Assembly: GCF_021028975.2 (NCBI RefSeq)
Contig: NC_059439.1
Coordinates: 30,318,001-30,382,000, forward strand
DNA: 64,000 nt
Direction: 5' to 3'
Source of the DNA: Sphaerodactylus townsendi
Lineage: Eukaryota
In this document: in pieces, positions 1 through 11,769 of the stretch
Position numbering within the stretch: the first letter of the stretch is position 1
Layout of the letters: every line of letters starts with the position of its first letter
Program-made: the position numbers and the translations under genes
Notes under the pieces: model-generated
The model's input: the letters and a program-made list of their open reading frames with translations, nothing else
What the model was told of the DNA's origin: nothing
The model's database searches: none

Positions 1-1038
1 TAATTAATGAGTTCAATCCCTCTGCTCATCCCCGCCCCCCCCCCCCCACGTTTTTAAAATATAATTCTTATCAGCACCCGGTAAATTGAAATTAGAAAAG
101 GTGTTTTCCCCCTACTTGACAGTGACTTAAAAAAACAGACTCCCTCTTTTTGTGGGTGGTTTGTGAACATATTTGGTATATAAATAATTCTCCTCACCCC
201 CTTTTCAATGAGTTCGTGTTGTGAATTTTCTAAGTTGCCCAGTGATTCGGCTTTACAATGCAGGAATGGCTGTGGGCAGTTCCCCCCCCCCCCCATAGAA
301 TTTCTATTTTTCCTCTCATGTTAACCTAACTTAAAAAAAAAATATCTCACCTTTCTCCCAAGGAATTCCAGGTAGAATAGATGGTTTTCACCTTTTCCAT
401 TTCACCCTCACAACCCCTACCTGGGTTCAGCTAAGGGAGAACGAGCTGCCAAGGTCACCCAGTACATTTCATGCCCGAGCGGGGATTTGAACCTAGCTCT
501 CCTCAGTCTCTTGGCGTCATGGGCCACCCTATGGGCAGTTACCTGGACTCAGAGGACTTGGATGCAGAACCTGCTAATGCCAGGCACTCAGAAGTGAATC
601 CTTCCAAGGAAGCAAAAGCTGCTAGGTGAGGAAATTTATGCAGAAGAGTCAGCTACCAGCTCTTCCTCCCCTGATATCACGCAGGTGAGAGAACCTCCAT
701 CAAGCCCTGTGATGAGCCAGCTGTGCAAAGGAGGTGGAGCAGGTACAGAACCAAAGAAGTGATTGTTTTTCTGCCAGGTATGGCAGAAGACTCTGTGAGA
801 TGGAGGCACCTGCATCTGAGGAGGGCTGAGCTCTTGCAGGATCTCAGCCTCAGCAAGCTGAGCTTCCCATATAAACTGTGCCTTGGGTTTAGCTCTGCCT
901 GGGTGCACTTCCTGCTGGATCTTCCCGTGCTTGCTGCAGCTCCCATGACATTTCCTTTCCTACTAGCCTTTCATCCATTTGTTATGTTTTGCAAAGCATC
1001 AGGGAGAAATAAGCAAGGAGGGCACTTTTCTTGCATTG

Positions 1039-1320
1039 GAGCAGCAGTGAAGTAGCAGGTTAAGAGTAGGTGCACTCTAATCTGGGGAACTGGGTTTGAT
1101 TTCCGCTCTGCCACTTCAGCTGTGGAGGCTTACCTGGAAAACTAAATTAGTCTGTGCACTCAAAACACACGCCAGCTGGGTGACCTTGGGCTAGTCACAG
1201 AGCTCTCTCAGCCCCACCCACCCCACAGGGTGTTTGCTGTGGTGGGGAAGGGAAAGGAGATCGTAAGCCCCTTTGAGTCTCCTTCCAGGAGAGAAAGAGG
1301 GGATATAAATCCAACTCTTC
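1039..1320 (+). mobile_element. tRNA-derived CORE SINE (Squam3-like)
   Basis: Box A/B head (GGGTTTGATT), CORE-like body and ATAAATCCAACTCTTC tail. Confidence 0.8.
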
Positions 1321-1411
1321 GTTAGTAAAGTCTGCCTGTTTCCAGCAAGAGGTGGACCTTCTTGGAAAGAAGTTAAGGGCCACTCCACATTTTTTGCACA
1401 GGCTCCTGGTT

Positions 1412-1860
1412 TGCATGGGGTAGAAAATGTTGACAGGGAGAAATTTTTCTCTCTTTCTCACAATACTAGAACCAGGGGGCATTCATTGAAAATGCTGGGG
1501 GGAAGAATTAGGACTAATAAAAGGACTAATAAAAGAAAACACTTCTTCACACAACGTGTGATTGGTGTTTGGAATATGCTGCCACAGGAGAGGGTGATGG
1601 CCACTAACCTGGATAGCTTTAAAAAGGGCTTGGACAGATTTATGGAGGAGAAGTCAATCTATGGCTACCAATCTTGATCCTCCTTGATCTGAGATTGCAA
1701 ATGCCTTAGCAGACCAGGTGCTCAGCAGCAGCAGCAGCAGCAGGCCATTGCTTTCACCTCCTGCACGTGAGCTCCCAAAGGCACCTGGTGGGCCACTGCG
1801 AGTAGCAGAGTGCTGGACTAGATGGACTCTGGTCTGATCCAGCTGGTGTGTTCTTATGTT
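1412..1860 (+). mobile_element. CR1 LINE 3' fragment inserted in the IGHV RSS spacer
   Basis: ORF2 C-terminus ([22 protein letters not shown]), 3' UTR and TTCTTATGTT tail. A 6-bp duplication CTGGTT flanks it at 1406-1411 and 1861-1866. Confidence 0.9.
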
Positions 1861-1883
1861 CTGGTTGATACTGCCCCACTGTG

Positions 1884-2673
1884 TCTCCTGCACAGTAATA
1901 ATTGGCAGAATCTGCAACAGTCACTGAGGCCAGCCTCAGAAAGTATCCACTGAGATGGTGATTCTGTCTCTGAAATCTGGAGCATAGTAACTGCTTCCAT
2001 CCCAACCTCCCATCCAGACCAGTCCTTTCCCAGGAGTCTGGTGAGCCCAGTGCCACCAGTAGCTGCTTATGACGGAGCCCCCAGTGACCATACAGGTCAG
2101 CTCAAGGTTATCTCCAGGTCTCACCACTCCTGGCCCAGATTCCTTTAACTGGAGCTGGGATGAAAGTCCTGGGGAGGCAAAGAAAACCACAGTTGGACAA
2201 ACATGGCCATGCCTGAAAAGTTTTCTCTCAGAAAATCACTGCTGCTTGACCCACAATACAAGAACAGTGCTTAATATTAATAGGAAGAAGAAGAAGAGTT
2301 TGGATTTATATCCCCACTTTCTCTCCTGCAGGAGACTCAAAGGGGCTTACAATCTCCTTGCCCTTCCCCCCTCACAACAAACACCCTGTGAGGTAGGTGG
2401 GGCTGAGAGAGCTCCAAGAAGCTGTGACTAGCCCAAGGTCACCCAGCTGGCATGTGTGGGAGTGCACAGGCTAATCTGAATTCCCCAGATAAGCCTCCAC
2501 AGCTCAAGTGGCAGAGCTGGGAATCAAACCCGGTTCCTCCAGATTAGATACACGAGCTCTGAACCTTCTACGCCATAGAATTAAATTGACTGTGGAACTG
2601 ACTGGGAGAGTTTTAGAAGATACCAACCTATAAGCAGAGCCTAAAGAAATAGAGGAATGAAGCTAGTTGCTAT
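1884..2673 (-). pseudogene. IGHV: Immunoglobulin heavy-chain variable (IGHV) pseudogene: leader exon 2628-2673 and V exon 1884-2168
   Basis: V exon reads [39 protein letters not shown], then shifts frame to [20 protein letters not shown], followed by the RSS heptamer CACAGTG (1877-1883). The 46-bp leader exon reads [ATA]ATSFIPLFL*ALLIG and ends in a phase-1 GT donor; the acceptor is ccccag at 2169-2170. Defects: ATG>ATA, a stop in the leader, an FR3 deletion/frameshift and a split RSS. Confidence 0.93.
2284..2575 (-). mobile_element. Squam3-like SINE in the IGHV leader intron
   Basis: Same family sequence with a (CTT)n tail. Further - strand copies at about 2866-3166, 3497-3790 and 4813-5187. 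Confidence 0.85.
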
Positions 2674-2772
2674 GTTAAGATCCTGTGGATAATTTTTCAA
2701 AGGGGGCAGAGTGTCTAATGCAGCCTTTTCCTTGAGGGGAGTAAAGATAAGAATTCAGCTGCTCTGAGTTTG

Positions 2773-2806
2773 TATTTGAATGGGGGACTACAAAGGGAAT
2801 TTGCAT
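2773..2806 (-). promoter_or_regulatory. IGHV promoter: octamer ATGCAAAT plus TATA-like CAAATA about 20 bp downstream
   Basis: The + strand reads atttgcat at 2799-2806 (ATGCAAAT on -), about 125 bp upstream of the leader exon. This is the canonical VH promoter layout. Confidence 0.8.
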
Positions 2807-4812
2807 TTGCTAGAGCACATTTTAGTAAGAGGCCTTTAGAAAACCTCATAAAGCAAAAGAACAAGAGAAGAAGAAGAGTTTGGATTTACATCCCCCCTTT
2901 CTCTCCTGCAGGAGACTCAAAGGGGCTTAAAATCTCCTTACCCTTCCCCCCTCACAACAAACACCCTGTGAGGTGGGTGGGGCTGAGAGAGCTCAGAAGA
3001 GCTGTGACTAGCCCAAGGTCACCCAGCTGGCGTGTGTGGGAGTGAACAGGCTAATCTGAATTCCCCAGATAAGCCTCCACAGCTCAGGCGGCAGAGCTGG
3101 GAATCAAACCCGGTTCCTCCAGGTTAGATACACGAGCTCTTAACCTCCTACGCCACTGATGCTCCCAAAAGGTTGGTCAAGGACTGGGTGGTATCAGCAG
3201 ACCTTCAGTTTCTCACCTGTGATTGAACGTGCTGCATTGATAGTGTGTTCAGGTTATCTTGCTGGCTGTAGAGAGTTTTTTCCTCTTCTCACCTCCCCAG
3301 ATATGGGGCCCTAAAATTTGGCAGGTAGACTAGAAGCAGTTTGATACAGACCCACTAGTTCAGAGGAAATCTAAGATCAGCAAGTCTGTGTGAGATAAAT
3401 GCACTCTGAGAAACAGCCCCCCTTCTTTTCAGTGTTAACTTTCTTCTTTTACTTCTTCAGTTTTATTTTCTTCTATTATTGTTTTCCAATAATAATAAGA
3501 AGAGTTTGGATTTATATCCCCCCTTTCTCTCCTGCAGGAGACTCAAAGGGGCTTACAATCTCCTTGCCCTTCCCCCCTCACAACAAACACCCTGTGAGGT
3601 AGGTGGGGCTGAGAGAGCTCTGAGAAGCTGTGACTAGCCCAAGGTCACCCAGCTGGCGTGTGTGGGAGTGTAAAGGCTAATTTGAATTCCCCAGATAAGC
3701 CTCCACAGCTCAGGCAGCAGAGCTGGGAATCAAACCCGGTTCCTCCAGATTAGATACACGAGCTCTTAACCTCTTACGCCACTGCTGCAGTACATAGTAG
3801 TTAAGAGCAGCAGTGGCGTAGTGGTTAACAGCAGGCGCACTCTAATCTGGAGGAAATGGGTTTGATTCCCCACTCTGCCACTTGAGCTGCGGAGGCTTAT
3901 CTGGGGAATTCAGATTAGGGATCAAGCAAGGAACGTAATAAACGGACTCTCTGCCCCACATCTGGTGCTGCTACTGCTGTTCCCTCTTGGTTTATTTTTC
4001 TGTGAGCTGCTGGCGCTCGTGTTCAATCCAGCCCTGGCGGCCAGGAGCCCCCTGCTGTCTTTGGACTCGGAGCTGGGAGGTGGCGGCCAAGGAAGGAGGA
4101 GAGAACTTCCCTCAGAATCACACTCTCCTCAGCCTCCCGCCCCTGTGTTCTGTCTGCTGACCAGGTGGAGAGAATGGAAAAAGAGGGAAAGGAAGAGAAA
4201 GGGGAAGAAAGAAGGGAAAGAATCCATCTCTCTGGGTTTCCTCCAATCCTCCTTGTCGGTGAGGCCAGGAAACCAAAAATTCACGTCACAAATGGGATCT
4301 GATGGGTCAGTTAGCAGAGGAAATGTGGTAGAACGTGGAGCTGACCAGCTTTCTGGCAGCAGTAGGTGACCTGTTACCTGGTTATCTCACCGGTTTCACT
4401 CATCAGACCTGGCTGGTTGACACCACAACGCAAGACATCTGCTCTTGAAAGGCATGACCCTTTGGTTTCACCTTAGTTGGTGGGTTAGTGAGGGAGAACC
4501 TCTTGGCCCAAATGTTTTGCTCCCCTGAGCAAATGAGTGTGGAGTCCACACCTGACTTCGCCTGATTTGTTTTTCAACAGTGACCCGGTACAGCAAATTT
4601 CTCTTCTCCCCTATCCATTTACCCCCTAGTGGTAGCGGCTGACAAGGATTCTGCCACATGGGAGCCGAATATCTCTACCCCCTCCCCGGGCACAACCCTG
4701 CCATAGACCAAGCAAGGACATGTCTAAATGAAACCACTACCGCAGATCCGGTCAGGACTGCCCCTCACGAGACCAACACCCACAACAGCCTGAACGTTGG
4801 CTCTAAAACGTG

Positions 4813-5187
4813 AAGAAGAAGAAGAAGAAGAGGAGGAGGAGGAGGAGGAGGAGGAGGAGGAGGAGGAGGAGGAGGAGGAGGAGGAGGAGGAGGAGGAGGA
4901 GTTTGGATTTATATCCCCCCTTTCTCTCCTGTAAAGAGACTCAAAGGGGCTTACAATCTCCTTGCCCTTCCCCCCTCACAACAAACACCCTGTGAGGTAG
5001 GTGGGGCTGAGAGAGCTCTGAGAAGCTGTGACTAGCCCAAGGTCACCCAGCTGGCGTGTGTGGGAGTGTACAGGCTAATCTGAATTCCCCAGATAAGCCT
5101 CCATAGCTCAGGTGGCAGAGCTGGGAATCAAACCCGGTTCCTCCAGATTAGATACACGAGCTCTTAACTTCCTACGCCACTGCTGCA
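4813..5187 (-). mobile_element. Squam3-like SINE with expanded (CCT)n/(CTT)n tail
   Basis: Family consensus; the tail microsatellite runs 4813-4900. Confidence 0.85.
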
Positions 5188-6063
5188 GTGAGGGAAATTA
5201 CTGTGAGGGAAACACTCTGCCTGCACTCAGAGACACTTTATTATAGCTTAGAACCTGTGGAGTGTCATTCAAACCAGGTTCTTCAGCTGGGTGCTGCTCT
5301 AGGTCTACGTGTTCCTGCCTGACTCTTTGCGAGATTCTCCCCTTCCCTCCCAGAGGAGGGGGTCATGGGGTTAGACAAACCCAGCAGCGCCAAGACAGTT
5401 TGCTTTGGCCAGGACCCTGGACTGCTGGTTAGGATTTTCCCCTCCACATATTTCCTCCTCCCATTTACTGCAATCCACACAATTCGGGCCAGGAATAACC
5501 TATTTTCAGGCTAAGCCAGCAACCAGCTGAAGGTTGGGGGTTGGGGATTCGGGACCGTGGGTAGTAGCAGGGTGGATGGGGGGGGGCATCTCAGGGCATA
5601 AAAACGATAGGGTGAGGCTCTGAACAACAGTGAATAAACGAAGAATAAAGGAGAAGGGAGCCCATGACAAATTGTACAGGCACAGTATGAGATATTATGA
5701 CATAACGCCAAGCGTGTTTGACACAAACACATTTGAACTGCAAACTCTTTCTCTTTCACAAACACATATCCCTGGCTAGAAAGATGTGTGTTTATTCGAG
5801 CCCTACACACAACACTCACACAAATGCAGCTCAGAAGGACGTATAAACACAAACTGACCATGGACACACCCAAATTATCCAAGCGTTGCACACGTTTACG
5901 ACCATGAGAGGCAGGGACTATGCAACATCTGTGTATTATGGGAACACGGATTGCCTTGATAGGGTTGCCAGCTTATGGAGATCTTCCAGAATCACTGCAG
6001 ATCTCTAGAGTCTAGACCGGGGGTCTGCAAGCTGTGGCTCTCCAGATGTTTATGGACTACAAT

Positions 6064-6456
6064 CAGTGGTGGGATCCAAAATTTTTAGTAACAGGTTCCC
6101 ATGGTGGTGGGATTCAAACTGTGGCGTAGCGCCAATGGGGCGGGGTGGGGCATGACAGGGGCGTGGCGGGGCATTCCGGGGGCGGGGCATTCCGGGGGCG
6201 GGGCTGTGGCAAGGATGCAGCTGCTGCGCCGGTCCTTGGGCGGGAAATGAATGCACGCAGGCGCAGGCTGCCACGCACGCTGGTGCACCTCCTGCTAGAC
6301 TGCTTCAAGTTCTGCGCGCTACTGCTGAGAGGAGGGGCGTAACTAAGGCAAAAATCATGTGGCAAAATCACCGATTAGTAACCCCCTCTCGGCACACACA
6401 AATAATTAGTAACCTACTCTCGGGAACCTGTGAGAACCTGCTGGATCCCACCTCTG
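6064..6456. mobile_element. Non-autonomous hAT element (TIR CAGTGGTGGGATCCA) nested in a palindromic MITE
   Basis: Terminal inverted repeats and a perfect 8-bp TSD ACTACAAT (6056-6063 / 6457-6464). Related copies: 14726-15080, 22069-22204, 26182-26375, 48836-49227, 56852-57239. Confidence 0.88.
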
Positions 6457-7532
6457 ACTACAATTCCCATCAGCCCCTGCCAGCATGGCCAATTGGTATA
6501 TTTGTGGTATGTTAGAGATTTCCAGTGGCAGAAGCATGCAATATTAATCTCATTTGGCAGAGCTTTAAATATGTATATGGATTAAAAACAAGAAGGCAAA
6601 TGTCGGATATATATTATTAAAGGGTAAAAGCCCAGCGGTTCAAGAGAGATACATGAAGAATGTAAATAAAAACACGATCCAGCCAAAGGAAGAAGAAAAA
6701 ATCAGAGTTGATGTGGACCATTTCCAACAGGTAATGAAACGGCAGGTATCACATACATAAGGTCCTGAACAGAGACAATCTCTTTCCACTTCCAGTCTTT
6801 TCTGAGACTAATAAAATTACACCTGCCTATGAAAAGAATGAGGTGGGCCCTGAAGTCCTATGAGAATTACAACCAATCTCCAGAGGACAAAGATCAGTTA
6901 CCCTGGAGCGGGGGTGTCAAACTCGCAGCCCTCCAGATGTTCATGAACTACAATTCCCATCAGTCCCTCCCAACTTGAGCATTGGCTAAACTGGCAAGGG
7001 CTGATGGGAATTGTAGTTCATTAACATCTGGAGGGCCGCGAGTGCCCTGGAGGAAATGCTTGGTATGGGGAGTAGATTCCACAATATGACACTCCGCTAA
7101 GATCCCTCCCTTCTTCAATCCCCCCCCCCTCTTCCCAAACTACCCAAATTTTGTATGTTCCTGCATGGCAGGGGGTTGGACTTGATGGCCCTTGTGGTCT
7201 CTTCCAACTCTCTGGTTCTATTATTCCAACCCCACACCTCCAGAAATTTCCCAGTCCAGAGTTGTGTACGAACCCCAGCTAGAAACCTTTGCTAGAATAT
7301 TCTTGGGAAGCTTTCCCCACCACCCCCAAGTATGGCAACACTCAAGTCTGCTATATTTTCATTTTAAATGTCTGGTTTTGCATAGACTGTAATCAGAGGT
7401 AGTCTGGGTCAGTCTTGGTAGGCTTGGTATTTGGATGACCTTCAAAAGGTGATTGTGGGATTGAACTTAAAAAGCCCTTGCCACAGGAGCTGTAGCTGGC
7501 CGGCTTCCTTGCATGTAAGTAAAAGGAGGTGC

Positions 7533-7857
7533 TGGAGGAACCGGGTTTGATTCCCAGCTCTGCCGCTTGAGTTCTGGAGGCTTATCTGGGGAATTCAGAT
7601 TAGCCTGTGCACTCCCACACACACCAGCTGGGTGACCTTGGGCTAGTCACAGCTTTTCAGAGCTCTCTCAGCCCCACCCACCTCACAGGGTGTTTGTTGT
7701 GAGGGGCGAAGGGCAAGGAGATTGTAAGCCCCTTTCAGTCACCTACAGGAGAGAAAGGGGGGATATAAATCCAAACTCCTCCTCCTCCTCCTCCTCCTCC
7801 TCCTCCTCCTTCTTCTTCTTCTTCTTCTTCTTCTTCTTCTTCTTCTTCTTCTTCTTC
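7533..7857 (+). mobile_element. Squam3-like SINE with expanded tail
   Basis: Family consensus; (CCT)n(CTT)n at 7776-7857. Confidence 0.85.
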
Positions 7858-8920
7858 TATACGTGCCCTGCCTCACAGTTGGAGCTTACCTAATGGGTTT
7901 GCTAATATGGAGGTACAATTTTAGGGAAATGGGTTGCCAAAGGGTACGTAAGTGAAAAAAAGGTTAGGAACCACTGGTTTAGAGGTAGAAATGAAAATGG
8001 TAAAAATACGGAAAGCTGTCTTTTAAACCCCTCATCCCCCGTCCTTTTTGTCAGATGTGTTTCTGTCTCTGCATTTATGAGATTCTTTCGTCTATTGATC
8101 CATACAGTTTCCTTCTGATCTTTCTATCTCTTAGTTATTTTTTTTTTTCTCCCGGTTGGCGTGATTCCGCAGAAAGCAGCTTGGTTATGCCAGCGGGGAG
8201 TTGGGCCCTCCGTGTCAGTCTACCGGGGGCGGGGGGGAGAGGAGGTGGAGGTAAAGATTCTGACTGTTCAAAGCTCCGGACCAATCGGACCCCCGAAGAC
8301 GGTCCCATCACCCGCCCCGACGTGCCTATCACGGACACGCTGTCCGAATCCCACCCCACGGATGAAATAAACAGGTTCCTCAATGCCAGACAGGAGCTGA
8401 GCGCCGCACTCCCCACGAGGGGTCTCACCCAGGTTCGACCCCAACATACCGACACTAGCAGGGTGCGAGGAATGCGAGAGAAGAGAATTCGCAGCCCCAG
8501 ACAGACACACGCCGATCCTCACACGCTGCAGACCTCTCGCCACCACTGGCTTCAGACGCTCCAAGCAAAGGAACAAGAGACTGAACAAACATGTCTTCGT
8601 GTCCGAATGGGGAGCTGTAACCGTGCGACCTGGGCAGGTTTGACGAAGGAGGGGGCGAACCCCCAGGATATCCTTTGCAACTTGTTATTTGCAAGAATGG
8701 GATGGAGCAACAGAGGAAACCACGAGTGAGTGAATGAAAAACAGATAAGGCAGAAAGTGCACTAGATCAGAAAGTAAAAAAATATCTAGAGAGACAGATG
8801 TGGCTCAGCAGATAGGGAGCAATGGAAAGGAATTGCCAGATGCTTTAACTTCTCTTTTCCTTGAAGACTAGAAAAAGCATCGAGAAGTTTGGCCAGAGAT
8901 CCAGCCGATACTGTCTTCTT

Positions 8921-9928
8921 ATGGAGCCTTCACCGACCAATTTTTCCTTGTGGAGTCCGCTGGGCAACACCTCTGCGTTGGAAGGGGGCGAGTCAGCAGC
9001 AGCCCTGGGAGCTGTGCTGAGTCTGATGTGTGCCACAGGGGTGGCCGGGAACCTCTACGCCCTGGCTGTAGTGCGGGCCTCCCCACCAGCCTCCTCGCTG
9101 CGCGTCCACCTCATCAACCTGGCCCTGGCTGACCTGCTTTACCTCTCGACGGCTCCCTTCATTGTGCACAACGGGTTGGTGAAGGATTGGCTTTTCGGGG
9201 AGGCGGGCTGCCGGGTTCTCCTCAGCCTCGACCTCCTCACCATGCACGCCAGCATCTTCCTGCTCACTCTGATGAGCTGCGAACGGTACACCGCCGTGGC
9301 ACACCCCTTCCAGGCCGTGCGCCGCGCACGACGGTGCCGCCGGCCTTTGGCCGTTGCCATTTGGCTCCTCTCCTTTGCCCTCGCCCTGCCCATGATGGTC
9401 ATGATCCACCAAGAGGAGCGTATAATGGGCGAGGGGGCGGTCGTCCGGCGTCTCTGCTCCCCAACCTGGAGCGAGGAGCAGTATCGGGTGTATCTGAGCG
9501 TCCTCTTTAGCACCAGCATCGTGGCTCCGGGCCTAGTCATCGGGTCGCTCTACTGGCGCCTGGCAAGGACCTACTGGCTTTCCCAGACCCGAGGTGGGTT
9601 GGGCCGCTCTCCGAAGAACCGCGTCTTCCTCCTCATCTTCGTCATCGTCTTGGCCTTTTGGGCTTGCTATTTGCCCTTCTGGATCTGGCAGCTTCTGCCC
9701 CTCTACTGCCCACTAGCAGCCCGCCTGCCCGTCCACACGGAGATCTCCATCAACCACTTGGTGACCTGCTTGACCTACGGCAACAGCTGCATCAACCCTT
9801 TCCTCTACACTCTGCTGACACGCAACTACCGCGAGTACCTGCGGGCCCGCCAACAGGGGACGTTGCGCGCTTCCTTGCGGTGCCTTCAAAGCAGAGGCCG
9901 GCCTCAGGAGGAAGATGCAGAGGTGTGA
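8921..9928 (+). CDS. UTS2R: Urotensin-2 receptor-family class A GPCR, single exon, about 335 aa (paralog identity uncertain)
   Basis: Seven TM segments with GN (TM1), LALADLLY (TM2), GCRVLLSLDLLTMHASIF..MSCERY (the UTS2R-type TM3 signature), FWACYLPFW (TM6) and CLTYGNSCINPFLY (TM7). First ATG is at 8921. Confidence 0.92.
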   Translation: MEPSPTNFSLWSPLGNTSALEGGESAAALGAVLSLMCATGVAGNLYALAVVRASPPASSLRVHLINLALADLLYLSTAPFIVHNGLVKDWLFGEAGCRVLLSLDLLTMHASIFLLTLMSCERYTAVAHPFQAVRRARRCRRPLAVAIWLLSFALALPMMVMIHQEERIMGEGAVVRRLCSPTWSEEQYRVYLSVLFSTSIVAPGLVIGSLYWRLARTYWLSQTRGGLGRSPKNRVFLLIFVIVLAFWACYLPFWIWQLLPLYCPLAARLPVHTEISINHLVTCLTYGNSCINPFLYTLLTRNYREYLRARQQGTLRASLRCLQSRGRPQEEDAEV

Positions 9929-10029
9929 GCAGGACAGGTAAGAAACACAGGGTACGTACCAACACTTATATTGCACCCTGGGGGTGTCACACATCAGAGT
10001 GCAAAGGCTGACCGGTAGTGGGTTATGTA

Positions 10030-10697
10030 AGAACATAAGAACATAAGAACTAGCCTGCTGGATCAGATAAGAGTCCATCTAGTCCAGCATTCTGCTACTC
10101 GCAGTGGCCCACCAGGTGCCTTTGGGAGCTCACATGCAGGATGTGAAAGCAATGGCCTTCTGCTGCTGCTGCTGCTCCTGAGCACCTGGTCTGTTAAGGC
10201 ATTTGCAATCTGAGATCAAGGAGGATCAAGATTGGTAGCCATAGATTGACTTCTCCTCCATAAATCTGTCCAAGCCCTTTTTAAAGCTATCCAGGTTAGT
10301 GGCCATCACCACCTCCTGTGGCAGCATATTCCAAACACCAATCACACGTTGCGTGAAGAAGTGTTTCCTTTTATTAGTCCTAATTCTTCCCCCCAGCATT
10401 TTCAATGAATGCCCCCTGGTTCTAGTATTGTGAGAGAGAAAAATTTCTCTCTGTCAACATTTTCTACCCCATGCATAATTTTATAGACTTCAATCATATC
10501 CCCCCTCAGACGTCTCCTCTCCAAACTAAAGAGTCCCAAACGCTGCAGCCTCTCCTCATAAGGAAGGTGCTCCAATCCTTCAATCATCCTCGTTGCCCTT
10601 CTCTGCACTTTTTCTATCTCTTCGATATCCTTTTTGAGATGTGGCGACCAGAACTGAACACAGTACTCCAAGTGCAGTCGCACCACTGCTTTATATA
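10030..10697 (-). mobile_element. CR1 LINE 3' fragment
   Basis: [28 protein letters not shown].. ORF2 end and (TTCTTATG)n tail. Confidence 0.92.
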
Positions 10698-11466
10698 AGG
10701 AATTTCAGGGTTCTCTTTTTTTTTGTCAAAAACCTCCAATTCGCAGGAGTGGCTAGACATGGCAGCAGGGGGAATGCTTGTATCAGAATTATGTCACCAA
10801 ATTTCCACTATAAAATGGAGTGGAATGAAGGAGAATTTTATAGCACATAAAAAATAGACTCCTCTTCATCAATGAGGGCTAGAACCTCGCTTTCTCTTAA
10901 ATAGAACCTGTGAGTTTTCAGGGCACTACTAGACATAACGTGGCATAATTCAATCCAGGTCATACTCATAATGTAGGTGGAGAGGTAATAAGCATAAATG
11001 GACAGGAAAGAGTGAAGGATACTCTTCACCCATTAATGTCCACCCCTCCCAGTTGCTTCTTCTCGGCTTTTTCCTCATGGTGGAGAAATAACCTCTGTAG
11101 AGAGAAATGGGTGGAGAGATGCACCTTGGGCAGAGAAAAGATTCCGTAAGTCAAGCAGGTCACCAAATGAGTGATGGGACTGGTCACAAAATGGCTGCCA
11201 TGAGAGATGCGGCAAATCACAAAATGGCCACCATGAGTAATGGGACCAGTCACAAAATGGCTACCATGGGGAGCACTTGAGAAAAGTTGCGAGGTTCTAA
11301 GCCAAGTACCTTTCTATGATGGGAGCAAGAACGTATGAACGAACACTCACTGCAGACCCAAAGGTGACACATCCCGAAATCTTCTGAAGCGCTAACCTCT
11401 CCATGGAGAAGGGAGACGGGCAGGATCGGCTCTTTGCTTTGAAAAAGTCCTGGGTTGGGGGTCAGG

Positions 11467-11769
11467 AAGAAGAAGAAGAAGAAGAGTTTGGATTTATATC
11501 CCCCCTTTCTCTCCTGCAGGAGACTCAAAGGGGCTGACAATCTCCTTGCCCTTCCCCCCTCACAACAAACACCCTGTGAGGTAGGTGGGGCTGAGAGAGC
11601 TCCGAGAAGCTGTGACTAGCCCAAGGTCACCCAGCTGGCATGTGTGGGAGCGTACAGGCTAATCTAAATTCCCCAGATAAGCCTCCACAGCTCAGGCGGC
11701 AGAGCTGGGAATCAAACCCGGTTCCTCCAGATTAGATACATGAGCTCTAAACCTCCTACGCCACTGCTG
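11467..11769 (-). mobile_element. Squam3-like SINE
   Basis: Family consensus. More copies at about 15938-16245(-), 20895-21181(+), 23853-24124(+), 33165-33480(-), 34303-34580(-), 35417-35709(-) and 37465-37766(-). Confidence 0.85.

Noticed and set aside
515-950. Possible solo LTR fragment (TATAAA, LTR-like composition); possible old L1-like remnants at about 12780-13260 and 16600-17100
   Set aside because: No termini, TSD or clear protein motif that I can support without a database search.
4810-4995. Poly-Arg protamine-like ORF (also poly-S/F at 7690, poly-Y at 37922, poly-R at 42102)
   Set aside because: Microsatellite translations.
6050-6371. Recurring ORFs (..RRRLPRTPVHLLLDCFKFCALLLRGG) at 6.1, 14.8, 48.9 and 57.0 kb
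   Set aside because: They are translations of one non-autonomous hAT family with TIRs and TSDs, not a gene family.
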